This document shows positions 41,500-54,324 of a stretch of DNA of 64,000 nt, piece after piece (the stretch's first letter is position 1; each line of letters begins with the position of its first letter). Made by a program: the position numbers and the translations under genes. The notes beneath the pieces were generated by a model. It had not been told where the DNA came from and did no database searches. It saw only the letters and a program-made list of their open reading frames with translations. Source of the DNA: Eukaryota sp. TZLM1-RC. Lineage: Eukaryota > Protista > Metamonada: BaSk clade. The stretch spans positions 618,881 through 682,880 of the forward strand of contig JAUPSS010000010.1 of assembly GCA_040285825.1 (NCBI GenBank), written 5' to 3'.

Positions 41500-44400
41500 T
41501 ACTTATCAAAGAGGACATGTCAAAATCATTAAATCTATCCAACTTTCCTCATTGTTTTTGTTGAATTGATTATGAAAAACGAAATCGATGTTTTGCAAAT
41601 CACTTATGGTTATATACCTGAAAGATTTTTAAGAATTTAAAATACATGCTTCGAACTTTCCAAAAACAAATAACAAAGATGTATGAAAAAGGTCTTTTCA
41701 AAAATACATACAGCTCAGCTGATTTGGATGAATTGTACATTCATCATTTGAGATATGCTTCGTGATGGTGACATCTATATTCTCAAATATGCCTTCTAAA
41801 TCACGTTTTGAGCTTATGACCATCTATGATAGCAGTTTGAGTACTATTTGCGATCAAACTGTTGAAATGAGGAAACTTATTGATATAGCATTCTATGAAA
41901 GAATGCTTGTATGGTAACCGCTGGTCAATACAATACTTGACTGTATTTTTTCATTTTATCAACTCCTTTTTTTTAACTTATTGTGGATGTACGCTAGGTT
42001 TACTTCCAAGATACCTAACAACATAACGAAGATCATTCAAAAGGTCAGCCTAGTAAATCTTATTGGCTGCATTGTTCTTCGCATTGATAAGCTCTATGAT
42101 ATGGAACACAGTTAGTAAATTGCCACAGGTGGCATAGTGTTCCAATGTTGCCGAAGATTAAAATGAAGGGTTGAATAAAGTTGATTTATTTTCATATTTT
42201 TTTTCATATTCATACTATAAAAGCCTAAGGGCGCCAACACTGCTTTTTCCTCTTTTCAAAATCAAGCAACTTTATAGTGAATATCTAACTAATACTAATA
42301 AACAAAAACTATACTAACTTCTACTTCTACTACTACGTCTAGGCCGTTTAGGGGCGCTAGACTCGTTGGTGGTACCTTTACTAGTAGAAGTACTTTTGCC
42401 AACTTTCCTAGATTTCTTATCTTTAATAAACATCTTTTAAGCTTCTGAGTGTTTTCTATTGCCTACAATTATCCTGCAGTGATCGATATTTACACAAACA
42501 CTGGTTTTACATTTTTAGGATCGACAATTGATGTACTTTGACTCTTCCACAATAATGTTACTATAAGGTAGTAAGCAATAACTAAACAGGGCCTCGTCCC
42601 AGGATCTGTGTGTTTGAATACTTTGTTGTGTATGTTTTAACCGCTACATAAAGACGCTCTGCTTCTTCATTTTTTCGTAAACGAGTAACGTATTAGTGTC
42701 GTTTAAGAAAAAAAACATGGAATCGAAGAATGCATTCGCTGATGATCATGCAGGGTCTATGTTGGATTAGCAACAACAGTAGGTAAAGTAAGAAACTTCA
42801 GGAACCTGAAAGCGGCGTCTTTTGTTATTAAAGTACTGCCTTTACGACTAAAAATAGTGGGAAAACAACGACCGTATCCTTGCCATTGTAATACAATAAT
42901 AGTGGAGGTGGGGTCTCTACTTGTAACCTCGTATGTAGTCGATTTTTTTGTGTTTGGCTCCATAAGTCCCCGTCGTAACCCAGAGTTTGAAACTTAACGT
43001 TTTTTCTTCTCTCTTTGGGGATTGCTTTCATAAATGAGGGAGCTGCTCAAACAAACAGTAATCTGTAGGTTCGAGGTGAGCCTGCGAATCCTTCATGATT
43101 TGTTGGCGAAGTCCTTTCTTATCTTCATCATCCAATTCCTCTAATACGGATTGGAGTTCTTCAAAACCTCGTGAAACTGCCGAAGATACACGACTGGGGC
43201 CAACATTTGCATTTTCAGCTCAATAGGGAGATGGTCCCGTTTTGGAAATCTTTTTAGGCATTGTTTTGGGCTTGGAAAAGGCGGGAAATGGGTCCGAACC
43301 TGGTTCCGTTGGTTTATCTTGAGGAGGGGCGGAGGGTGGTCTCGTCTGCTGATGTGGAGGTGGGTAAAACCGGGACCTCGAAGGCATCTCTATCATACTC
43401 TTGCATGTTAGTTGTAAAAGTGTCAGAGCTCTGGCTAAAAGGGTCTGACAAAATGATATCCGCTGAAGATATCCTCTGATGAAGAAAACTGATTGTTGTA
43501 AAGGTATACCTGATAACCTAAATGGCCAATGATTATTGTTGCCGAAGGTTGGAATGAAGGGTTAGATAAAGGGAATGAGATAAGGTTGATTTATTTTTAT
43601 ATTCATACTATGAAAGCCTAAGGGCGCCAACACCAAAACTGCCTACATTAAAAACAGAGCTTTATCTGTCACCCACACTTCTTGTTTTTTTGCTGTTGAT
43701 TTTGTAGCTTTTTGCATGACCCAACATTATTCACTTCAGGTTTTCAAAGCCAAAACCATTACAGCAACTGCATAAGTCGTTTTGTAATTAGCAAAAGCAA
43801 GGAAATGCAGCATTGTCATTTGATGCAAATTAGTTTCATGAGTTGAATCAGTCTGAACAATAACTGTTCAAAAGCTTGTAAACAAATTCTTTGATGATCC
43901 ATTTGATTCCAATAACTCTATTTTCTTCGTTACACTATGGCACAATGTAGTAATCATAACCGTATCTGTCAATCATGTAATCAACATCATTCTGAGATCC
44001 ATAGATACCATTGGTTAACATCTATTTTATAATGAAAATGTCTCTAGAAGTAGACAAGATGGGTCTTTTAGGTAATTTAGGTAATAATTATTTATTTATT
44101 TATTTATTTAGGTTTTCTTCATGTGAGTTCTTTTCAAGAGTGGGCACTTGCTTCTTGCTAGACACACTTAATTGCAGACTATGTAGGATTCTGGTTTCAT
44201 CGTTGGCAAGGCACAGATATCTTCAACAGGACCATGATAATGAACTAAGTTCCTAACTGTGGCCATCTTCAATTCTTCCTTTAGATTGCAATAGATACTG
44301 AAGGCACAATTGGTATACGTATTTCTCTTTCAGTGTCAGTCAATTTAGGCTTACCTGATACATGGCACTTCAAGTAAGCCTATTCACCCTTTTCAGAACC

Positions 44401-44540
44401 TCCACGATGAGCAACAGAAAAGATATCACTTGCATCATACTCATTCAATCTTCTTTGACTATCCTCCAAAGTTGGAAATGTCAACCACAGGTCACCATCA
44501 GGCCAGTCAACTTTGTAAAAATCATCGTTCCTGTTTGCAT
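41500..44540 (-). mobile_element. MULE/Mutator transposase relic interrupted by an LTR element; outer limits approximate
   Basis: Minus-strand peptides VQTDSTHETN (D1, ~43830-43860), EVWVTDK (D2, ~43660-43685) and, beyond the LTR insert, LLTVFHI (decayed CxxH) and LPYKHSFIECYINKFPHF..DGHKLK. Confidence 0.65.
42146..43632 (-). mobile_element. Internally deleted LTR retrotransposon, ~95-bp LTRs (42146-42239, 43537-43632), 4-bp TSD CCAA
   Basis: TGTTG...CAACA termini on both LTRs, CCAA at 42142-45 and 43633-36, purine tract at 42240-42257 on the minus strand. Confidence 0.88.
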
Positions 44541-44670
44541 TATTTGTTATAATTTGTAAGTTAGTGTAAGTGTAGGGTCAAAATTTGTACTATTTGGCCA
44601 AATATTTCGCCTATTTAGCGTTTTCCAGAAAATAATCTCAAAAATTTGACTTACATCTTGTTACTACATT

Positions 44671-45516
44671 ATGAGTTCAACACTTCCCAATTACGTAGAT
44701 GATACATCCACGGAGTTACCATCTTTTAAAGAAAGGCAGATCAATCAAGTGACAGCTAAATTCCAGGACCCTTCTGACAAACAAACCCTCGATAAGCAGT
44801 GCGAATATTCCACAGTTGTTCCTCCAGTTCTTGTTTCTGAAGGTAATGGATCATCAAAACGATCGTTCTCACTAAATAGCTTTATATTGGAGGCTTTGCT
44901 TACTGTAATTTTAGTACTTGGTGCTATTTACCTCTTAATTGATGATCCAGAAGTAATTGACGGAGGGCAAGTTGGAACAAACAACCTTATCGCTACTCTG
45001 GACAATAGGTTTCTTGCCGTTGACTCACTTGACACTGATACCAAAATAGAGGCTGTTGAGGCAGCACTAGAACCTCTCCTGCTAGATATGGACATTGAAG
45101 TCAATGTTGAGTATGATACTGATACTGAGGCATTTACTTTTGTTTATTCTCAGAATTCAATCACTCTTTCCAACATCAAGTTTTATCTCAATTTTGACAA
45201 ACGACTTGACTTAGCTATCCAGTTATTTGCCAAAAAACACAATTCTGACGGTGTGATTTACCTTCACAATGAACGATCTTCCATACAATCAGCACTACCA
45301 GACTATCTACCTCAATGGCTTGATGAAGCAAATCTGTTGTACTCTTACATTGGAACTATTAGCTTATCAGTGGAAAGTTTAACCCTAACTAATTCTTACT
45401 CTGAAGGAAACCGTTGGACATTTCATGAATTTGATGCAGAAGTGAGGTTATCCGTAATGCAGGAGGTTCGATTGACACAACTAAAGATACTACAATCTCA
45501 TGAAAAGTTTATATGA
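44671..45516 (+). CDS. Hypothetical single-pass membrane protein
   Basis: 281-aa ATG-started ORF with one TM segment (FILEALLTVILVLGAIYLLI). Confidence 0.65.
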   Translation: MSSTLPNYVDDTSTELPSFKERQINQVTAKFQDPSDKQTLDKQCEYSTVVPPVLVSEGNGSSKRSFSLNSFILEALLTVILVLGAIYLLIDDPEVIDGGQVGTNNLIATLDNRFLAVDSLDTDTKIEAVEAALEPLLLDMDIEVNVEYDTDTEAFTFVYSQNSITLSNIKFYLNFDKRLDLAIQLFAKKHNSDGVIYLHNERSSIQSALPDYLPQWLDEANLLYSYIGTISLSVESLTLTNSYSEGNRWTFHEFDAEVRLSVMQEVRLTQLKILQSHEKFI

Positions 45517-46725
45517 ATATTTTTCTTCAAAAGTAGAAAATAGAAATTGGCTTTTTAGATTATGAACAATCTTGATTGCAATATTATTTAGGTTAATACA
45601 ACATTACTTTTCCTGTTTCTTCTTAAAAGAATAAAGTATTTGTTCAAATTCACCAACATTTCGTTTTTCTTCATGGTCTTAATTGTTTTTATTTGACAAC
45701 TTATCGTTAGATATTACTGGCAGAGACATTGTTTTCAATTCTGCCAGTGATTCAAGAATCTCATGTATCTGCTGAAAGAGAATATTGTCATTGAATAATT
45801 TTGGTTCTACTGATATAGGTGATGTGTGATGTGATTGGATTGATAACTCTGATGACGGCTTTGTTTTCTGTTATGTTGCAACCACCACTTCCAAGAAGAA
45901 AACTTGATCATGTATCTGCTCTTGAATTTAAATCATGGGGTTATTGCAGACATGCATCAGGTAAACAAATCAAAATATATGAAACGAGTGGTTTATTAAG
46001 CACCATAGGAATAACACACAATTATAAATGGATTTGAATCAATGGTGACATGACATCACGTGTTAATTGTAAACTAGTAATCTATAACAAAATATGACTG
46101 GCATCCAACACTAAAGAACAATATGGTAAAAATGTCAAAACTATGGAAAAAGATAATGCCGATAGAGACATACAACTGCTTTTTGATACTTTTCCATTTT
46201 CTATAAACGTGAAAATGTCAGTAGAAGCAGGAAGTCTATTGAATGATTTTCAATGAATTGATCAGAAGATATCCTTTGATGGCGCACAGAAATTTAATTT
46301 GTGATAATTAATAAATTATTTCGGTTATTGTATCGAATAAGGGAAGCAATGGCGAGACAGTAAGCAGATCAGGATTTTGTAGAGGAGATCTTGCTTCATT
46401 GAATTAAGTCCCATTCGTTCATAAGGAAGTGAGAGTGACAGTGGTAACGACAGCCTGCTTAAATTTTGGAAGTCGCAAGCTTATCTTCGAACTGGGTTAA
46501 AAAGGATTTTTGTTTAGAATCGTGCTTTGGTACAATTTTTCCTAACTTTATTGTTTTGAATTGATAATCGTAAAAATAAGTAATGTGATATTTGAATTAT
46601 CAATGATTTAATCAAAATAAGTTTAATTAAAAGGCAAAATCAAAATCAACAGCAAAGAACAAATCAAAACCTAAAATATAAAGTGAAATAAAAATAAAAG
46701 AGAAATTAAATAAATTGAATTCTTA

Positions 46726-49700
46726 TCTAGGTATCTCACTAGTGAGTACCTTATTATATTTAGAATAGTATTAAATAGAATTATTTTTATCTTAACCCAC
46801 TTTACACCAACACATATTTACATAGAGCTAACATAATGCCTAACGGCAACAATAATTATTTTACGTCACAGGCACACCAACCAGCAAACAGCAACAGCGC
46901 TGTAAACAGTAAAAAGATGTCTGGGGTATGTCACACATCTTCAGAGGAGACCCTTCTGACCCTTCTCTTTACATAGTTTCGAGTGCTATGGATACTCCAC
47001 GTGAAAAAGTGAGTTCAAGTGTAACCCACTCCACTCAAGTTAGAACGAGTTAAGATGTATCACATCTCACTTCCGGTCAATCTAGTTCGGGTCAAAACCC
47101 CACTTCCAACCTAACTAATTCGGAGGTGACACCTCCGACCCACAACGACAACTCAACGGCTACTACAGCCCTGGCCACGGACAATTTTTCACTGGACAAA
47201 CCTCCTGTCATAATCACTGAGTTAAAAGCGCTCCTTGTCACTCTATTGACAGAAGAGAGTGAGAAACAGGAACTGACGGACTTCGTAGAATCGCTACCAT
47301 CAGATACGTCTCTGTACCCAGACATTGAGAATTGTGTCTCGGTACAAACATTGAATGAGACCATGGTCAGTTTTAGCGAAGTTCCCTTAACCCCACAATC
47401 ACTAAAAGATTTTCAGCGCTTCTCGACCAAGAAAGCAAACAGTTGTCGGATAGACCTGCGGACCGACTATTGCCATTAAATTTCTCTTGTAAATCCATCA
47501 TGTCTAAGCCTCGCGCTGACAAATTCGATTTTGTTGGAAAGAGAGCCACCCTCGACATGTGTAATTTGAGAATTCGGTGGTTGGAGGTCAGGGAAAATGG
47601 TCGATACTTCTCCCGAAAATTAGATGGGCCCGAGAATGTACAGCTCCTCCCAGCCTGGTTCAGACCAGGTCTGGACAAAAGATATGAGAATAACATCACT
47701 TCTGAAAAATTACACGGTAGTTAGAGAGGTTCATGAATACTACCCATCTTTGTCAAACCATAATGTCGTTGAGATGAGACCCGGTTCTCAACCGTTCAAG
47801 CTATTTTTTGTGAACAAAGAGTGACCTACAAACGAGATCATGGCAATATAAGAACGGCAGTCATTTCTACCTACAGGTCTACTCCTAATTATCAAAAGGT
47901 ACAAATTGGAGAAACTTGGATTAATAACAAGATTTTTGTCGTCACCCCAATCTTAGTTATAGAAAATACGCCTTTTAAAGCATCAGACCTGTCAGGCCAT
48001 CTATCCAATTCCATCCTCAAGAGGAACCTAAACCTCTTCATAAACTCCAGACAGACAAATTACCTCAGCCTGATAATCATGACATTCCAATGGATGTCCT
48101 CACTATCCAACCGACTGATTCTGTGTTACTAATGGAAGAGTCAACCTTCCAAATGTATATGGTCTATTATTAAATGATCATCAATGGACAACTGCCTTCA
48201 GGATGAGGTGTTTTCTGTGGCCATGTAGTGTGCCAAATGATTTGATTTGTCGTTGTGGTCAGCTCATTAATCTGAATCATTTATTTAATTGCAAATTTAA
48301 TATTACATATCGCTCAGTTGTTCACGATGCTGTTAGAGATCAACTATACGCTATGTGCAAAAGTCATCACATTGAAGCTTTTGTTGAACCACTTGTGCGA
48401 AGGTTGTCATCTAAAAATGAAGATGAAAATACTTTTGGGAAACGCCCTGCTGATTTCATTACCCCTGCGTCTGATGGTGTTATTAAAGTTGTTGATGTAG
48501 TCACTGTTGATGTTTGTAAAGACTCAACAATTGATTTTGCTAAAAGAGATGAAACTCCGCTTTGCTTTGCTGAAAAGAGCAAAATCAAAAAGTACAATGA
48601 GCCCTTATCTCAGCTAGGACGTGTTGAGCATGTCAGGTATCAGTTGGTTCCATTTGCTGTTTCTCTTTTTGGTAACATTGAAATATCTGGCATTAAATTT
48701 CTTGAAGGTTTCAGAAGTTTAATAAAAGAAAGAGCACGAAAAGAATTGAACTTCAATTTCTGGCACAATAGAATTGTTTTTAGTATTCTTAAAGCAATTT
48801 CAGAAATGTTGACCAAAGCACTGTTACAATTAGGAATAGAGTATGAAAATCGCGCGCTTAAAATATTTGATGATGATGCATGTATTGAGGATATTGAGTT
48901 CTAGTTTTTTGTTTAATGTTTTGTTAGCGTTCAAAATAAATTTCAATTTAAAAAAACCTTATATCAAACAGGTCCTGGATTGAATAGACAAGACTTGTCA
49001 GTGTCACGGTCACAAACAGCAGCTAACGAACATGACCCACGCCAGGTACTTGATTTAAATTTACAATCCCACGTTGGATATCATTACAGAACAAATGCTT
49101 TAGAACACGAAATGCTCCATGAGCCACCCAGATTCGAATTCCCAAAAACTCGAATGAAAATAGTACATTTCCTACTGGAATTTGTACTCTGGGACAGCAC
49201 ATGCAGAGGGGGTACAACAAATTTCGACATAGTAGAAATGTCCCAATCAAGTTCAGCAACACAAACAGATCGCTGACATGGTGAACAGTTCATCTCAGTT
49301 GCTAGCAATTCAGAGAACCGACACAACTGAAAAACAACAACAAATCGATTCCTTACGTTCTCGGCTCAAGATATGGAATGTCTGCGCTATATTTGGCATA
49401 CCTATGTCTATACATAGTGATAATGGTCCTGAGTTCGCCAATGAAAAATTTAAATTGCTTTGCCGAAGAATGTCAATTGAAGTATAAAATTCAATTCCTT
49501 ATCACTCTGAAAGTAATGGATTGGTAGAAAGAAAACATCGAGATGTGATACAATGTATAAGGACATTATTAATAGACTACAACGACTATGATGCTTGGTC
49601 CGCGTATGTAAAAATAACTCAATTATTAATTAATTCAACCAAAAGTAGAATAACAAGTCACACTCCATACGAACTGATGTTTGGGTCGTCTATGAGCCCA

Positions 49701-50402
49701 AGATCAGATCCAGCTAACATCCTAGGAAGCATTTTTGATTTTGAATACAATGTGCCACTTTTACAAGACCTCAAACTTAAGAATGATCGGCTTCAAAAGA
49801 AATGGGAAGAATCAGAGCATACTGGTTAGGCCCATATCTGGTTTAAAAAACCCCTTCCAACTCCACTTCATCAATAAAGAACCTGAAGACTGGTGAACAA
49901 TCAAAAGTATCTAAGAGGGACTGTAAAATTTATAACGCTGACGATCCTAACGATGTCGATCTACTTAGGGCAATCGCAGCCACAGATTCAGGTAAACATG
50001 TCATCGAAGAAATCCTTGACGAGTATAATACTGCTCAAGGACCCTTCTGTACTGTAAGATGGTTTAATGGAGATACTACTGAGGAACCACTCCATTCTAC
50101 CAGATATTCAGACGCTTATCAACGATTTAATAAGAAACCTAATAAAAGAAAACGTAAATCTGTTGAATCCAACAACGCAGCTCGGGCTTTCCCCGTGCCT
50201 CAGCAAAAGCGTTATCCGCAAAGGCAGCGGAAGAACAACTGTAAATAATTTTTATTAAGAAAACGGGAGAAGGTCGTGTAGGTATCTCACTAGTGAGTAC
50301 CTTAGTGTATTTAGAATAATATTAAATAGAATTATATTTATCCTAACCCGCCTCACACCATCACATACTTACATACAACTAGCATAATGCCTAATGGCAC
50401 CA
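46726..50402 (+). mobile_element. Degenerate chromovirus-like Gypsy element, 126-bp LTRs (46726-46851, 50277-50402), 4-bp TSD CTTA
   Basis: Paired LTRs; CTTA at 46722-25 and 50403-06; PPT AAGAAAACGGGAGAAGG; integrase FGIP..IHSDNGPEF, SNGLVERKHR, TPYELMFG; chromodomain-like HVIEEILDE..CTVRWFNGDTTEEPL near 50000-50090. Confidence 0.88.
48149..48954 (+). mobile_element. 5'-truncated RLE retrotransposon (family D) nested in the Gypsy element, TSD AACCTT
   Basis: CRC..HLFNC, VHDAVRD, RPADFI..VDVVT..KIKKY; A tail; AACCTT at 48143-48 and 48955-60. Confidence 0.85.
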
Positions 50403-50944
50403 CTTAGACAAAAAGTGTTTTTTTGAATGTTGAATGCTAGTCAAGGTAGAGATCTAGTGGTAAGTGATTAAAATTTAAACTAAAAATTGAACTGAACAAC
50501 TCAATTGAAAATAAAATAAGACTAAAAAAGAATTGGATGCAAAAAGAACAGCCAAAAAATTGGAATAAAGCACACATTATTCACAACTTTAATCAAAAAA
50601 TATCCACAAAACCACAAGAACAAGCCTAGCCAAGCATGTACCAGAAGCTAAGAAGTTTAAAGGTCCTCAACAACTCTGGAAAAATAATATATATAAATAT
50701 AAATATATAAAAAAAATAATGGTAAAACTCATAATAATAATTAATAGACTTAATTGACAAAATTATATATTGATGTCAATAAATAGATTAGTTTAATAAG
50801 AAATGCAATTTTACAGAAATAAAATCTTTAAATAAAATAAAAGTACGTTTTTGTTCATTAAAACTCATCCTAAGAGTTAAGTAAGTAATTGACTTGATTA
50901 GTGGATATTTCGACTTTTGCTGTCATGATATTTAATTAAATGCG

Positions 50945-53341
50945 TTACCCTTGCTCATTCAAAACTTCATCTAACTGTTCTTCTAAATTAATAGAGACCA
51001 ACACTCCGGATAAACAACCAACTAGTACACTCAATGATCTTGGAGATAGCTTGCAATCAGAAGGGGAAAGATATCTGGGTAGTGGTCGATGAAAGAGACA
51101 ATAAGACTCATTTGAAACAGAATAATGCCAAACTTGGAAACAATCATGATAAAAAAGGCATAAAAGACCCCCATTCGAAATATTCAGCTTGTCAGGCGGT
51201 GGTATGACACAAGTTGATCTGACATCTGACGTGTGGGTGGTTTTAAAATCAGATAATTTGGTAAGTGTGACAACATCGAAAATTTCAACAAAAAGCTCAT
51301 CCCCAGAAAATATTAAAAAATTGCCATCCAAGTCTAAAAATTTGCACGGTGTTGTAGTGAGAGCTTTTGCAAATGAAAAATCAGTGTTGAAGGCCAGGGC
51401 ACCGTGATTGGAAGTGACAATTACCTTTTTTAAGCCAATATACGAATAAATATTGTAAAAATCAGTACAATGACGAATATTTTGAGGTAAAAAAATCGAG
51501 AGATCATGAGAAGAGATCACTGAAATTTTCCACGGTGTCATTTTATCAGTTTTACAGACAAAAACCAACCCTGACCGTGTTAAAACTAAAATAAAAGGAA
51601 CAGAATTAGCTTTTTGGTACAACAAATCAAATCCAACAATCACATCATCAATCAAATCATCACCATTTTTGAGCTGATCACGTGACAACAGCTGGACTTC
51701 AGAAGACCGCCTACTCTCTGCATGAAAAAGCTTGACTACGCCGTTATCCAAGCCCAACACAAAAGCAACAGTATCTTCTACAAAAATACAACAATTAATA
51801 TCCAAATAACCTTCACAAATAATCCACGAATCAACCAAAAGCGCCCCGCAAGACTCGAAATCCCATAAAATTAATCTATTATCATTACCAATGGTAAAGC
51901 AAGCGGAACGTGATACAGTGTCAAAAAAGCAAGACTCCTCTTGACTGATTGTCGATGATAGGGAAGCTATACTGTTGCTTTTATTTAGAGTTGGTAGTAG
52001 TGAATTTAAAGAACTTGTGGAAAGGTTTTTTGAGAGTGAATTTGTTGATTTGGTTGGTGGACAATCAAATAAATCAATCAAATCAGTGGTGACGTCATCA
52101 AACTGCCACGTGGCGGTTTTTGACTCGTTGCCGATAGGAAAGACTTTGATTATCGAATCAGTATGAGATGATTGGTGACCAGACGCATTCGCAACAACTT
52201 GTACAGAATAAAGTTTAACCTTTGTAATAGAACCAATCACAAAGGTCCAATCAATCAATAAATCATCGTTATTTTTGGAAACAGTTAAAAACTGGCAATC
52301 AATCGGCGGAGTTGCCACGTACCTTCTATTAAAAGAAACAGCTTTATAAACAGAAGTCCTTAACAACGCCATTGACAAAACACAATAGAAAAAAACAGTT
52401 CCGTTACAATCAATAGCAATAAAACCTGTTTTTGAAAACTTGGCGATACAACAGAATTTCAGCTTATCAGGGTGAAAGAGTCTCGAAGTACACTTACCTG
52501 TTCTGATGGAGAAATACCCAACACTAGCATCACTGCCAATTGAGATTAGTGTAGATAGCTCAGAAAATATCAGAATGTCAACGACTGCTGACGTGTGAGC
52601 AGAGTCAATAACTGTATAAACTGTTTTTCTTTTTGACCTCTTTTCTGACCTTCTGCTAACTTCTCTTGACCTCTCTTGACTTTCCTGCAAACAATTGAGA
52701 AAAACTTCACCATCTGCCACAATGATACTTCCCATAGAGTCTCCTAATGCCAAAACACCCACGGGACTAGACGTCAATCCCGATATCCTATGACATTCAT
52801 ACCTCACCACATGAACCCAACCCGTAAGAGAGGAGAGGGGAAGAAACGAGAGTGAAGAAGGGGTGTAGAGGGATGAGCGAATGAGGGCAGGCAAGATTTT
52901 GAAATTTTGTTTAAAAAGATGAACAGAATCGTCTGTTGCAGAGACAACTATTCCAATGGAAGGGACGATGGCGATTTGAAGAACACCACTACCAACTGCG
53001 ATAGTTTGAATGTACCCAGTGGAGGGCTTCCATGTAGTTCCGAGTACAGAGGTCGTGGTTTGAATGGGGACAGCAAAAGGGTTGAAGATGCGGACACAGC
53101 CGTCATCTGAACCAGCGAAAAGAAGGTTATTAAAGGGGTCGAAGGCAAGGCAACGTATAGGTCCCTTTGCAGCAGTAACGTGGAAAAATTGTGTAGATTG
53201 AAGAGAAGTGGAAGTGCGATAGCCAGTGAGAGTACCATCAGTTGCTCCGAAAAAGACATGGTTGTTGTGAGTAGTGATTGAGGTGATTGTGAATCCTAAG
53301 GGGAGCTTGACATTGAGTGATCCGGCTTGATTGACATCCAT
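50945..53341 (-). CDS. WD40-repeat protein (798 aa)
   Basis: FAGSDDGCVRIF, AHTSAV..LISIGSDASV, TIGNDNRLILWD repeats. Confidence 0.85.
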   Translation of the reverse strand: MDVNQAGSLNVKLPLGFTITSITTHNNHVFFGATDGTLTGYRTSTSLQSTQFFHVTAAKGPIRCLAFDPFNNLLFAGSDDGCVRIFNPFAVPIQTTTSVLGTTWKPSTGYIQTIAVGSGVLQIAIVPSIGIVVSATDDSVHLFKQNFKILPALIRSSLYTPSSLSFLPLSSLTGWVHVVRYECHRISGLTSSPVGVLALGDSMGSIIVADGEVFLNCLQESQERSREVSRRSEKRSKRKTVYTVIDSAHTSAVVDILIFSELSTLISIGSDASVGYFSIRTGKCTSRLFHPDKLKFCCIAKFSKTGFIAIDCNGTVFFYCVLSMALLRTSVYKAVSFNRRYVATPPIDCQFLTVSKNNDDLLIDWTFVIGSITKVKLYSVQVVANASGHQSSHTDSIIKVFPIGNESKTATWQFDDVTTDLIDLFDCPPTKSTNSLSKNLSTSSLNSLLPTLNKSNSIASLSSTISQEESCFFDTVSRSACFTIGNDNRLILWDFESCGALLVDSWIICEGYLDINCCIFVEDTVAFVLGLDNGVVKLFHAESRRSSEVQLLSRDQLKNGDDLIDDVIVGFDLLYQKANSVPFILVLTRSGLVFVCKTDKMTPWKISVISSHDLSIFLPQNIRHCTDFYNIYSYIGLKKVIVTSNHGALAFNTDFSFAKALTTTPCKFLDLDGNFLIFSGDELFVEIFDVVTLTKLSDFKTTHTSDVRSTCVIPPPDKLNISNGGLLCLFYHDCFQVWHYSVSNESYCLFHRPLPRYLSPSDCKLSPRSLSVLVGCLSGVLVSINLEEQLDEVLNEQG

Positions 53342-53535
53342 TTAAATAAGGGTAGACGGTTGTAAATCTGGTGGTTCAGAATTTGTTGAAGGAGCAGTTG
53401 AGTATGTGGAGAAGAGAGCAGATCAGGCTTCACCAATTTGCAATGTGCCAACTTGGCACATTTATCAACATTGCTCTGATTCCATGGTCTTCGACTTACA
53501 ACAAAGTCATAACGGACTCACAAATATGATTTTAA

Positions 53536-54050
53536 ATCATAGTTGAAGATTGCGTCATGACGTCATCACAAATCATGAATTTTGTAATGGTTTCATTTCC
53601 AAATTTTTACCAATTAAAAATAAATACACAAAAACAAAATCCAAACTTTTTTTGTAATTCAATTTGAAATATTCAAACTGTTCAATAATATAGGTTTGTT
53701 TGCTGATGAAGTAGAGGCAATCTTTTTTGAAAAGCAAGAGAACGACAGTGATAATGAAGTACTGGAAGAACAAGTAAAAGGAAGGATGTGTTTGAACAGA
53801 AACAAATTGGCGTTTGAAGAAGATACCTTTACAGTTGGGGAACTAGCTCACACAGCGAAACAACTTAGACTTGTATGATGTCATTTATGATTATTGATCT
53901 TACGGATCTATTTTGCATTTATTTATAGTTTTATTGAATAAAGATTATTATAATTGAAGAAACAATAAATTGCAAGGAGTGTACACTCCATGCACAGTGA
54001 TTTCATGACGTCATGACAAAATGGGTTTGAGTGTAAGCTTCAACTATGTT
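53536..54050. mobile_element. 515-bp non-autonomous DNA transposon (MITE) flanked by TTAA, Kolobok-like
   Basis: TTAA|ATCATAGTTGAAG ... CTTCAACTATGTT|TTAA, with the subterminal motif GTCATGACGTCAT at both ends. Confidence 0.7.
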
Positions 54051-54324
54051 TTAAATACAACAATCAATTACTTCATCAATTCAATAAGCCCAATCCCGTT
54101 TGACAAGGTTTGACAAACGCAATTTGTGGTAAATACAACAAGCTCCTTAATTGAGGAAGCTGCCATACAAGTAATATACAGGAGTACTGTTGAACTTGAT
54201 GTCATTGTTGAATAGAGATGCTCCAGTTTTAACAACTGTTTGAAAATTACTAGGAGCAGTCAGATTTTGAAAGGTGTCAGGTGTACATCTCAGACATAAA
54301 ATTCGTTGAAAACATTTTGTTTAA

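Noticed and set aside
41500-44540. MULE relic as the mobiliser of the nearby Fanzors
   Set aside because: It is separated from the Fanzor loci by host genes, lies on the opposite strand, and no shared termini were found.
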